64,000 nucleotides of DNA from Bacteroidales bacterium (GTDB lineage: Bacteria > Bacteroidota > Bacteroidia > Bacteroidales > B18-G4): positions 2,672 through 66,671 of the forward strand of contig JAGYMZ010000001.1 in NCBI GenBank assembly GCA_018400295.1, written 5' to 3'. Position 1 is the first letter of the stretch. Every line of letters starts with the position of its first letter. This document shows positions 50,440 to 59,332 of the stretch, in pieces. The translations under genes were made by a program, and so were the position numbers. The notes beneath the pieces were generated by a model, which made no database searches, had not been told where the DNA came from, and worked only from the letters and a program-made list of their open reading frames with translations.

Positions 50440-51384
50440 ATGAAAAAATTAGCCGTGGTTGCATTTGGGGGCAATGCCTTGATCCGGGCCGGACAAAAAG
50501 GGACCATTGATGAGGTAGAAGAGAATGCCTATATTACCTGTGAAAAATTGCTTAAGCTGATACGGCGCAACTACAATTTTATTTTGACCCATGGCAACGG
50601 TCCCCAGGTTGGGAACATCATACTTGCCAATTATGCCGCGCATAAGATGTATGGGCTTCCGGACATGCCTCTCGATATCAGCGTAGCGTATTCCCAGGGA
50701 TACATAGGATACGTTATCGAGCAGCAGCTCAGGAATGTTCTCAAAGCCAATGACATTGAAAGGGACATCATTACCATTATAACACAGGTGCTGGTAAATA
50801 AGGATGATCCTGCATTTGAGCATCCAACCAAACCGGTAGGGCCGTATTACGAGAAAGAGGAAGCCGATATAATGTCTGCGGAAACCGGTTCAAACTTTGC
50901 CGGGGATCCCCGCGGGAGAGGATTCCGTAAGGTGGTTGCTTCACCGAAGCCCCTGGTGATCAACAACATTAAAACCATACGAAATATCGCCAAAGAGGGA
51001 CATATCGTCATTGCGGCCGGTGGGGGAGGAATACCCGTGTTCTATGTTCGCGAGAACAAGCTTCAGGGTATTGACGCCGTGATCGACAAGGATCTTGCAT
51101 CGGCTTTGCTGGCAACCCAGATCAACGCAGATAAGCTATTTATTTTAACCGATGTTCCGAAAGTGTGCCTGAACTTTAATACCCCACAGGAAAGAACCAT
51201 CGATAAGATGAACATTGCTGAGGCCAGAAAGTATCTGGAAGAAGGGCATTTCCCCGAAGGCAGCATGGCCCCGAAGATCAGGGCTGCGGTTCATTTTGTT
51301 GAGAACAGCGGCAAAGACACCATCATTACAAAAACTACGCTATTGGGTGTGGATGACGGAGGTACACGGATCACCATGGTTTAG
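50440..51384 (+). CDS. arcC: carbamate kinase
   Basis: VAFGGNAL, THGNGPQVG, PTKPVG, R.VVASP.P, VIDKD, GSMAPK; -7 element TAGTTTTG at 50410-50417. Confidence 0.95.
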   Translation: MKKLAVVAFGGNALIRAGQKGTIDEVEENAYITCEKLLKLIRRNYNFILTHGNGPQVGNIILANYAAHKMYGLPDMPLDISVAYSQGYIGYVIEQQLRNVLKANDIERDIITIITQVLVNKDDPAFEHPTKPVGPYYEKEEADIMSAETGSNFAGDPRGRGFRKVVASPKPLVINNIKTIRNIAKEGHIVIAAGGGGIPVFYVRENKLQGIDAVIDKDLASALLATQINADKLFILTDVPKVCLNFNTPQERTIDKMNIAEARKYLEEGHFPEGSMAPKIRAAVHFVENSGKDTIITKTTLLGVDDGGTRITMV

Positions 51385-51413
51385 GCCCGGCATTTTGATA
51401 AAACAGTCCCCCG

Positions 51414-52043
51414 TTACAGCTCATTCTGTGTTTTGACAAAGAAGGCCACTTTCTCAAGGGAGGTTATCATGTCATATTCTTCCAGGAAAACACCGTGGGG
51501 TACATTTACAGGCTTGGGGGTGAAATTTAAAATACCTTTGATCCCTGCATCTACAAGCATATCGCAAATTTCGGTGGTTTGTTCCCCTGGAACTGTCATC
51601 ACCCCGATCCGGATATTCTTTTCTTGTATGATCTTTTTTATATCCGCGACATTATAGATCGGGACACCGGTAATCTTTTTTCCAATTTTTTTCGGGTCGA
51701 TATCAAACCCTGCTGTAATGGTCAGTTTGGTCCTTCTGCCTTTGAAATAATTAATGATCGCTTTTCCCAGATTTCCGGTGCCAACAACGCATACATCGAT
51801 CCTTTTCTCGCTGTCTATGATATTGCCTATCAGATCGATCAGTTCTTTAACATTATATCCCTTTCTAAGGGTGCCCGTGTAACCGATCAACATGATATCC
51901 CTTCTTACCTGAACGGCCGTAATGTGCTGTATTTTGGCTATTTCATGGGAGAATATATGCGTCTTTCCCTTCGCAAGGCACAGAAGCAATGCCCTTCTGT
52001 ATTGGCTTAAGCGGGCGATGGTCTTATGAGGTAAATGTTTCAT
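51414..52043 (-). CDS. rex: redox-sensing transcriptional repressor Rex
   Basis: RL..Y, QVRRD, GY.V..L, VVGTGNLG.A, GFDID..KIG, GI.GILNFTP. Confidence 0.92.
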   Translation of the reverse strand: MKHLPHKTIARLSQYRRALLLCLAKGKTHIFSHEIAKIQHITAVQVRRDIMLIGYTGTLRKGYNVKELIDLIGNIIDSEKRIDVCVVGTGNLGKAIINYFKGRRTKLTITAGFDIDPKKIGKKITGVPIYNVADIKKIIQEKNIRIGVMTVPGEQTTEICDMLVDAGIKGILNFTPKPVNVPHGVFLEEYDMITSLEKVAFFVKTQNEL

Positions 52044-52055
52044 TCGTGCAGGCTA

Positions 52056-52130
52056 TTGTTAAAATAATAACAATGCAAAAGTACAATGGCCTACACCAAA
52101 ATCCAAAAAAAATTGTTAAGAATTTAACAA
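52056..52130 (-). promoter_or_regulatory. rex promoter flanked by two Rex operators
   Basis: TTGTTAA-AATA-ATAACAA (52056-52073), perfect TTGTTAA-GAAT-TTAACAA (52113-52130), and between them TTTG-N20-TACTTTTG (52107-52076, minus). Confidence 0.8.
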
Positions 52131-52168
52131 TGTTAAAATATAACAAACTCAAGTCCTGTATGCCTTAT

Positions 52169-52609
52169 TTATGGGCCTTCAGGAAGCCAGCCCCGGGAAG
52201 CATGAATTTTCAGATCAGTATCCGGAATGTAGGGTTTGATATCCAAAACCGGAGTAGCATCCAGCACATCCATTGGCGATGTGAATATCCGGGATCCTTC
52301 AATTTTTAAAAGGCCCAAAACATTTAAGCCGATCTTGTTGGGGCGGTAGGGAGAGCGACTGGCGAACAGGCCCACTTCTTCTCCGTTGAGCCTGGGAGGA
52401 TGCGCAGTCAGATGAACTTCATTGATCCGGTCAAAGTAAAAGATCGCAATAATATGCGAAAAAGCATCCAGTTTATAAAGCGCTTCTGAATATTCCGGAT
52501 GAAGGTCGATGAAAAAATCCCCATCGGCATTCTCATCCGGCCTGAAAGGGGCTTTTTCGGTATAGGGAGTGTGTGTTATGCCAACAGGCTGCAGAATAAT
52601 ATTTTTCAT
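52169..52609 (-). CDS. TsaA/TrmO (YaeB)-like SAM-binding protein, single domain
   Basis: PVG..HTPY, FSHII, GLFASRSPYRPNKIGL, DVLDATPVLDIKPY. Confidence 0.85.
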   Translation of the reverse strand: MKNIILQPVGITHTPYTEKAPFRPDENADGDFFIDLHPEYSEALYKLDAFSHIIAIFYFDRINEVHLTAHPPRLNGEEVGLFASRSPYRPNKIGLNVLGLLKIEGSRIFTSPMDVLDATPVLDIKPYIPDTDLKIHASRGWLPEGP

Positions 52610-52621
52610 TGGCGAAATGCG

Positions 52622-53443
52622 CTATTGCCTTGTTTGTTTTTCCAGCCAGGAAATCCACTGCTCTGTACCCTCGTCGTTTTGAGCCGACATTTCAATGATC
52701 TCGAGGTGATGGTTAACCTTCAGCGCATATTCTCTGGCTTTATCTGTACTGAAGTTAACGTAAGGGGCAAGGTCGGTTTTGTTTATGATGCATAGATCTG
52801 AAGTTTCAAACATGGTGGGATATTTCAGGGGTTTGTCGTCCCCTTCGGTGACACTCATGATGACAACACGGCAGGTTTCTCCCAGGTCGAACATGCTGGG
52901 GCATACCAGATTTCCTACGTTTTCAATAAAAACCATAGAACCTTCGTCCGGGTTCAGTTTTTTAACCGCCCTGTTGACCATGGACGCATCCAGATGGCAT
53001 CCGGCTCCCGTGTTAACCTGCACCACAGGTGCTCCGGCTTTGTCAATACGTTCGGCATCGTTCATGGTTTGCTGATCTCCTTCAATGATGAAGAGATTGT
53101 GGTGTTTGTTGATTTTTTCTATGGTCTTTTCCAGGATGGTTGTTTTTCCTGAGCCGGGTGAACTGACGAGATTGATGGCCAGAATATTCTTTGCCTCAAA
53201 AAATCCCCGGTTCCTTTCTGCCAAAAGATTGTTCTTTTGCAAAATATCCTGTTCCAGCTGTATTTCCGCACCATGATGATGATCTCCCGTATGCTGGTGG
53301 GAATGGGCATGGTCGTGGTCGTGATGATGGTCATGGTTGTGGCCGTCGTGGGTATGTTTATGGCTGTGAGCATGTTCTTGATTTTCCCCGGGCTTTCTGA
53401 TGCTTATTTGATCGGTTTCACCGCATCCACAAGTTCCGCACAT
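52622..53443 (-). CDS. hypB: hydrogenase nickel incorporation GTPase HypB with CxxCGC and His-rich N-terminus
   Basis: MCGTCGC, SSPGSGKTT, EGDQ, NTGAGCHLD, ENVGNLVCP, NKTD. Confidence 0.97.
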   Translation of the reverse strand: MCGTCGCGETDQISIRKPGENQEHAHSHKHTHDGHNHDHHHDHDHAHSHQHTGDHHHGAEIQLEQDILQKNNLLAERNRGFFEAKNILAINLVSSPGSGKTTILEKTIEKINKHHNLFIIEGDQQTMNDAERIDKAGAPVVQVNTGAGCHLDASMVNRAVKKLNPDEGSMVFIENVGNLVCPSMFDLGETCRVVIMSVTEGDDKPLKYPTMFETSDLCIINKTDLAPYVNFSTDKAREYALKVNHHLEIIEMSAQNDEGTEQWISWLEKQTRQ

Positions 53444-53477
53444 AGTATTATGTTTTTTATGATTAAACCAATTGTTT

Positions 53478-53825
53478 TTACTTGAATGCTATTTTGATGG
53501 ATTTTATTTTCATTTCTTTTCCCTGAATGATGTCTGTATATGGATTCATGCATTCCGGACAAATGGTGAAGTGATCACCGGTGCGGAATTCTGTGCCGCA
53601 TGATGAGCATTTGGCAATGCCCGGGATCTCTTCAATTCTGATGTCAGCCTCCTGTAGGATCGTGCCTTTGATGGCTTCTTCAAGGGCAAAATCCAGGGCT
53701 TCCCTTATGATGCCCGACAATATGCCTATTTCCAGTACTATTTCTGAGACGGATGAACCTCCTGCCCTGTGTGTCTCTTCTTCTACACTTTCAACAATGC
53801 TCATCGCAACAGATAGTTCATGCAT
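53478..53825 (-). CDS. hypA: hydrogenase maturation nickel metallochaperone HypA
   Basis: MHELS, CSSC, CPEC; -7 element CAAAAGTA at 53849-53856. Confidence 0.96.
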   Translation of the reverse strand: MHELSVAMSIVESVEEETHRAGGSSVSEIVLEIGILSGIIREALDFALEEAIKGTILQEADIRIEEIPGIAKCSSCGTEFRTGDHFTICPECMNPYTDIIQGKEMKIKSIKIAFK

Positions 53826-53952
53826 TTCAGGGTGAATTTTTCAAAGTACAAAAGTATGCATTTCTGTTTCTTGTCAAACACCCGCCAAAAATTCAACTTG
53901 TTTTTTGATGCAATATTTTGTACATTTATTAGGAAGAAAGAAGGAGGTTATT

Positions 53953-54363
53953 ATGGCATCAAAGCCCATTGTATTATCAGTCAGTTGTCCCAAATGCCGG
54001 AAATCCCTGATGGATAATGATGTTCTGATCAACAACAAGCAAAGCGTCCGGTTGAATATTGCGATGAATGGGGATAGAAAAGGCAATTTGCACCTGAGTT
54101 CAATATATGGGGATTTTTCGTATACCAGCAATATTCCCATTAAAGACGGGGAGATCGTGAATTTTATATGCCCCTACTGCAAGGGCAATTTAAAACGAAG
54201 GGTAAGGTGTGAACTCTGTGATGCACCTATTGTTTCATTTACCGTAGATATCGGTGGGCGGGTCAGCATTTGTTCCAGGAAAGGATGTAAAAACCATTAT
54301 ATGGTATTTGAAGATATCGAGACCGTCATCAGGAAATTTTACATTGAATTCGGGGACATATAA
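53953..54363 (+). CDS. hypothetical Cys-rich (multi zinc-ribbon-like) protein
   Basis: CPKC, CPYC, CELC, CSRKGCKNH; AAGGAGG 5 nt before ATG; A-rich coding-like sequence. Confidence 0.8.
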   Translation: MASKPIVLSVSCPKCRKSLMDNDVLINNKQSVRLNIAMNGDRKGNLHLSSIYGDFSYTSNIPIKDGEIVNFICPYCKGNLKRRVRCELCDAPIVSFTVDIGGRVSICSRKGCKNHYMVFEDIETVIRKFYIEFGDI

Positions 54364-54366
54364 AAC

Positions 54367-55410
54367 CTAACAAATCCTGGGCAGTTGTTCTCCGGCCATT
54401 AGGTCGATAACCCGCCGGCCCCCGATCCGGGTCAGGAGCCAGGCATTTCCCGGATGTTCTGTGACGATTTCTCCAATAATGGCCGATGTTTTTCCAAGGG
54501 GGTGATCCTGCATGGTTTTCAACAGCATCATTGCTTCATTTTCCGGAACCACCATGATCACTTTTCCTTCATTGGCTACATAGAGCGGGTCAAAACCCAG
54601 CAATTCGCATAATCCCCTGACTTTGTCGGTAACCGGGATCATGGTTTCTTCGAGTTGTACACCGAGGTAGTGTGATTTTGCAAGTTCCGAAACAACCGTT
54701 GCCAGTCCGCCCCGTGTTGCATCACGCATGAAACGGATATGTCCTGAGGCATCCATGCAATGCCGGATCAGATCGTTTAAGGAAGCACTGTCGGAACAGA
54801 TATCGGCCCTTAATTCAAGTTCATTGCGGGCACTCATGACCGACATGCCATGGTCGCCAATGGATCCGTTGATGATGATTTTATCCCCCGGAACGATGGT
54901 ATTGCCCGATGAAATATGCCGGTGTTTTTTGTTCAGGATGCCAATCCCGGAAGTTGTGATAAATAACTTGTCGCATTTACCCTTTTCAACCACTTTGGTG
55001 TCGCCTGTTACAATGCGTACGCCGGCGTTTTTAGCTTCCGCGGCCATGGATTTTACAACATTTTTCAGAATTGTGTAATCCAATCCTTCTTCAATGATGA
55101 AGGAGGCACTGAGATAAAGTGGTTTCGCACCGGAAACCGCAATATCGTTTACTGTTCCGCACACCGAAAGTTTACCAATATCTCCACCCGGAAAAAACAG
55201 GGGATCCACTACAAAAGCGTCTGTTGTGAATGCAAGGGAAGAACCGGGGATGTCCAGAAGTGCTGAATCGGTCCCCATGTTGAGGACATCATTATCAAAG
55301 TACTTCAGAAAGAGTTCATCGATCAGTTCGTGGGTTAACTGTCCGCCAGATCCGTGACCGAGTAATATGTTTGGGTGTTTTCCGGGCATATTCGTAATCT
55401 TAAAGTCCAT
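54367..55410 (-). CDS. hypE: hydrogenase maturation protein HypE
   Basis: GHGSGG, TTDAFVV.PLFFPGGDIG, MRDATRGG, C-terminal EQLPRIC. Confidence 0.97.
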   Translation of the reverse strand: MDFKITNMPGKHPNILLGHGSGGQLTHELIDELFLKYFDNDVLNMGTDSALLDIPGSSLAFTTDAFVVDPLFFPGGDIGKLSVCGTVNDIAVSGAKPLYLSASFIIEEGLDYTILKNVVKSMAAEAKNAGVRIVTGDTKVVEKGKCDKLFITTSGIGILNKKHRHISSGNTIVPGDKIIINGSIGDHGMSVMSARNELELRADICSDSASLNDLIRHCMDASGHIRFMRDATRGGLATVVSELAKSHYLGVQLEETMIPVTDKVRGLCELLGFDPLYVANEGKVIMVVPENEAMMLLKTMQDHPLGKTSAIIGEIVTEHPGNAWLLTRIGGRRVIDLMAGEQLPRIC

Positions 55411-56482
55411 ATTTAAAAAAAGCGTGACATGCGCCTTCCGATGAAACCATGCACGCTCCGACAGGATCTGAAGGGGTACATACCTTTTGATATAAGGGAC
55501 AATCTACAGGCTTTTTTAATCCTTTCAGGATTTCACCGCAGATGCATCCTTTGTCTTCTTTTGTCGGTTCTACTGCGGCATGAATATTTTCTTCCGCATC
55601 AAACCGCTTGTATTTTGTTTTTAATTTCAGGCCGCTTGATGGTATGATGCCCAGTCCCCTCCACCAATCATTGCGGAGCTCAAATACTTCATCCATCATG
55701 GATAATGCTTTAAGGTTCCCTTCCGGATGAACCGCCCGTTTGTATTGGATCTCCACACCGGGTTGCCCTTTTTCCGTTTGCTTAAGCAGCATAAGGATGG
55801 ATTGAAGCAGGTCGACCGGTTCAAACCCGGAGATTACGCTGCCGATCCCATATTTTTCCAGGATGGGGGTGTAAATGGATGATCCGGTGATGGTGCTGAC
55901 ATGGCCTGGGGCAATATACCCATGAATATTGATGCCTTCATCCACGATTGCTTGCATGGCCGGGGGCATGACTTTATGGGAGCTGAGCAGGAAAAAGTTG
56001 GGAATATGTTGTTCATGTGCAATGAGGATGGCGGCCGCACTTGTTGGGGCAGTAGTTTCAAAACCAATACCAAGGAACACGATGCGTTTTTCCGGGTTTC
56101 TGGCAGCGATTTTCACTGCGTCCAGAATGGAATAGACAATGCGTATATCCCGGCCCTTGCTTTTTTCTTTTTCCAGGGTGGAGGATGAACCCGGTACGCG
56201 AATAAGGTCACCAAAAGTGGTTACTATAAGGTTTTCCTGTTTGCTGTATGCTATGGCGATATCGATAAAATTCCGGCTGGATACGCACACAGGGCAGCCT
56301 GGCCCGGAAAGAAGCTCAACAGCCGGGGGCAACATTGACGGGATGCCATATCGTTGTATAGCCATGGTATGTCCGCCGCATACTTCCATAAACCGGACTT
56401 TATTTCCGGAATGCTTGTGTATCTGGTCAACCAGTACCTGAACCAGTTGCTTTTCCCTGAATTCATCAATATACCTGATCAT
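55400..56482 (-). CDS. hypD: hydrogenase maturation protein HypD
   Basis: MEVCGGH, GPGCPVC, GFETT, PGHVS, GACMVSSEGAC. Confidence 0.97.
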   Translation of the reverse strand: MIRYIDEFREKQLVQVLVDQIHKHSGNKVRFMEVCGGHTMAIQRYGIPSMLPPAVELLSGPGCPVCVSSRNFIDIAIAYSKQENLIVTTFGDLIRVPGSSSTLEKEKSKGRDIRIVYSILDAVKIAARNPEKRIVFLGIGFETTAPTSAAAILIAHEQHIPNFFLLSSHKVMPPAMQAIVDEGINIHGYIAPGHVSTITGSSIYTPILEKYGIGSVISGFEPVDLLQSILMLLKQTEKGQPGVEIQYKRAVHPEGNLKALSMMDEVFELRNDWWRGLGIIPSSGLKLKTKYKRFDAEENIHAAVEPTKEDKGCICGEILKGLKKPVDCPLYQKVCTPSDPVGACMVSSEGACHAFFKYGL

Positions 56483-56515
56483 TCCTGTTCCCTGAATATC
56501 TCCGATTAATGGCTT

Positions 56516-56782
56516 TTACATAAGATCATCGTGTCCGTGTCCCTTTTCCTGTGCATCGGTTTGTTCATTCAGCGCATCCAATTCCTGAAATAACAGGAGG
56601 GTTTCCCGGGCCTCTTTATCACTAATCTTTTGAAGGGCAAAACCTGCATGGAGCAATATATAATCTCCGGGTTTAACATCATCAAGCAATTGAAGACCGG
56701 CCTTGTATGTGACACCACCTACGGTTACTTCAGCATATTCTCCTTCAATTTTTTCGACTTTGGCTGGTATGCTTAAACACAT
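56516..56782 (-). CDS. hypC: hydrogenase chaperone HypC
   Basis: MCLSIP, GDYILLHAGFA. Confidence 0.96.
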   Translation of the reverse strand: MCLSIPAKVEKIEGEYAEVTVGGVTYKAGLQLLDDVKPGDYILLHAGFALQKISDKEARETLLLFQELDALNEQTDAQEKGHGHDDLM

Positions 56783-56784
56783 AA

Positions 56785-59061
56785 TTATCCTTTCTGACTG
56801 AATTGTTTCGAACGTAGTTTTGCTGCGGCAATGGCAAGTTGCCCGAGGGCAATCCCACCGTCGTTGGCCGGCACTTTGACCGGTGAATAAACCCGGAAAC
56901 CATGTAAATTCAATATCTTCTCTGTGTTTTTCAGCAGATAGCGGTTCTGGAAGGTCCCTCCCGAAAGAACCACTTTTTCAATGCCGTAATCTGCACGGAT
57001 TTTTTCAGCTGTTGCAAAAGTAATGTTTATAATGGTGCGGTGGAACCTGGCGGAAATTATTCCTGGGTCTGTATTGTTTCGGATATCCTGTATGATCTCA
57101 TCGAACAAGGGCCGGAAGCCGATCTCTTTGCCGGTGTAAAAAGAATAGGATCCTGTTTCGCTTGTATCTATGATGTTTTCCAGCCGCATGGGTGCTTCCG
57201 CATGAAAACTGCTTTTGTGGCAAAGGCCCAGCAAGGCTGAGACAGCGTCGAATAATCTTCCTGCACTGGAGGTCAACGGAGCGTTTATATTACGGTCGAT
57301 GGCTTTCAGGATCAAATCGGCATTTTCCCGGTTCAATCCTTCCACGAACGGAATTTGTAGCGCGAAAAGTGCTTCCTTATAGTAATGGTACAGATATGAA
57401 AGGGCCATTCTCCAGGGCTCTTTGGTGGCGAGGTCGCTTCCGGGCATGGGAACAGGCTCAAAACTTGAGAACCTTTCAAAGTCGTTCAGGCCGGCGATCA
57501 GGAATTCGCCACCCCATATGGTATGATCCGTACCCAGTCCGACACCGTCAAAGGCAATGCCGGAAACTTTTTCTTGCAGACCGTATTCAGCCATCACAGA
57601 GGCAATGTGTGCATGGTGATGTTGAACGGGTATGGTTGGCAGGCCCGTGGATCGGGCGTATCGGGTGGACAAATAGTCAGGGTGCAGGTCGTGGGCAATG
57701 TATCCGGGATTAACCCTGAAGAGTTTTTGCATTCTGGAAACGGATTCTTCAAAAAAATCCAGGGTTTCGAGGTTTTTCAGATCTCCTATATGTTGGCTCA
57801 GGATGGCTTGCCGCTCTTTGCCGAGGCAAAAGCAATTGACAAGTTCAGCGCCCGTTGCAAGGATGTTGTTTGCATTGAATGACAGGTCAATGGGGGATGG
57901 GGCGAATCCCCGGGATCTGCGGATAAGTCTTTCTTTGTCATTTACGACAAATGCGACCGAATCGTCTGTACGGTTATGGATATCCCTGTTGTAAAAGATG
58001 GTTGCGCGGGCCTTGTCGCCAAAGACCTGCAATGCTTCTTTATTTTCTGTGATGATGGGTTCTTCGGAAAGATTCCCGCTGGTAAAGACCAGGACCGGCA
58101 GGGTTGTTTTTTCAAAGAGCAGGTAATGGAAGGGCATATAGGGAAGCATGGCTCCGGTCGTATCAAATCCCACACTGACATCCGGTGCAAGTTCTTTGCG
58201 GGTTTTGAGAAGGACGATGGGCCGCCTCCAGGAAGTCAGCAATTGTTCTTCTTTTTCTGAAAGCCTGGTATATTCCTGTACCGTGTTGAGATCACGGAAC
58301 ATGACCGCAAATGGTTTGCCATCCCTTGCTTTCAGTTTTCTGAGGTTGTTTACGCTTTCAGGGTTGATGGCATCACAGACCAGGTTGAATCCGCCAAGTC
58401 CTTTGATGGCAAGGATATGTCCACTTTCAAGAAGGGAGCAGGTGTGATCCAGGATCTTGTTGATCTGTTTAAGGTGCCTGTTTCGGGCAATAAGTTCATA
58501 ATGCGGGCCACAATGGTTGCAGGCCACGGGTTGTGCATGGAAACGCCGGTTGTTAATGTCCGTATATTCTTTCTTACACGTACTGCACATAATGAAATCA
58601 GCCATGGTCGTCATGTGCCTGTCGTAAGGCAAATCCCGGATAATGGTAAACCTGGGCCCGCAATGGGTGCAGTTGATCAGGGGGTAATTCAATCTGTGTG
58701 GTTGTTTCTTCATGTCTTCAAGGCAACGGTCGCAAACGGCAATGTCCGGACTAACATCGGTGATGGCTTCTGTAGTGCGCTCACTTTTTCTGATGGAAAA
58801 TGTGTTGTATGCATGGCCGGTGACGGGGATCGCTTGAACATTCTTGACTTCCGATGCCATGGGGGCTTCTGTTGATATTTTGTGAATGAAATCTGTAAGG
58901 TGGGTATTCCTGCCCTGGGCCAAAATGACGACTCCGTCATTCCGGTTCTCTACCCAGCCGCTGACGCTGTGTTCCCTTGCCAATCTGTATATGAAAGGCC
59001 GGAATCCAACTCCCTGCACAAGTCCGTGGACATGTATTTTGTATGATTGATTTATTTTCAC
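56785..59061 (-). CDS. hypF: carbamoyltransferase HypF
   Basis: G.VQGVGFRP, CDRC/CTHCGPR, RRFHAQP.AC..CGP, KGLGGF, HHHAH, ANDGGI.LGQ; GTG start; -7 element CAAAATTA at 59075-59082. Confidence 0.97.
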   Translation of the reverse strand: MKINQSYKIHVHGLVQGVGFRPFIYRLAREHSVSGWVENRNDGVVILAQGRNTHLTDFIHKISTEAPMASEVKNVQAIPVTGHAYNTFSIRKSERTTEAITDVSPDIAVCDRCLEDMKKQPHRLNYPLINCTHCGPRFTIIRDLPYDRHMTTMADFIMCSTCKKEYTDINNRRFHAQPVACNHCGPHYELIARNRHLKQINKILDHTCSLLESGHILAIKGLGGFNLVCDAINPESVNNLRKLKARDGKPFAVMFRDLNTVQEYTRLSEKEEQLLTSWRRPIVLLKTRKELAPDVSVGFDTTGAMLPYMPFHYLLFEKTTLPVLVFTSGNLSEEPIITENKEALQVFGDKARATIFYNRDIHNRTDDSVAFVVNDKERLIRRSRGFAPSPIDLSFNANNILATGAELVNCFCLGKERQAILSQHIGDLKNLETLDFFEESVSRMQKLFRVNPGYIAHDLHPDYLSTRYARSTGLPTIPVQHHHAHIASVMAEYGLQEKVSGIAFDGVGLGTDHTIWGGEFLIAGLNDFERFSSFEPVPMPGSDLATKEPWRMALSYLYHYYKEALFALQIPFVEGLNRENADLILKAIDRNINAPLTSSAGRLFDAVSALLGLCHKSSFHAEAPMRLENIIDTSETGSYSFYTGKEIGFRPLFDEIIQDIRNNTDPGIISARFHRTIINITFATAEKIRADYGIEKVVLSGGTFQNRYLLKNTEKILNLHGFRVYSPVKVPANDGGIALGQLAIAAAKLRSKQFSQKG

Positions 59062-59250
59062 TTTTTTACCGATGCAAAATTAACGGATTTCGGGCTATCT
59101 TATTTGAAATTTATGAATATGCCTCAACACATGATGAACAGCGCATTGCCATGAATATTTCATGCCGGATGATCCATGGCAGTGAGCAAATTTGTTAATT
59201 TGGTCTGTATATAAATTGCCAGGCGGCTTTTATAAGTGGGAAAAACAATC

Positions 59251-59278
59251 TAAATTTGCCTTGTTAATTAGTTAACAG
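59251..59278 (+). promoter_or_regulatory. hoxF promoter -7 element with an adjacent Rex operator
   Basis: TAAATTTG (59251-59258), then TTGTTAA-TTAG-TTAACAG (59261-59278). Confidence 0.75.
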
Positions 59279-59332
59279 TGCGTTGAAGATATTCTTTGAT
59301 AATCGTTATAATAACCTAATCAAATAATTATT

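Noticed and set aside
52131-52147. Third Rex-like box ATGTTAA-AAT-ATAACAA upstream of rex
   Set aside because: Spacer is 1 nt too short for the 18-bp Rex operator
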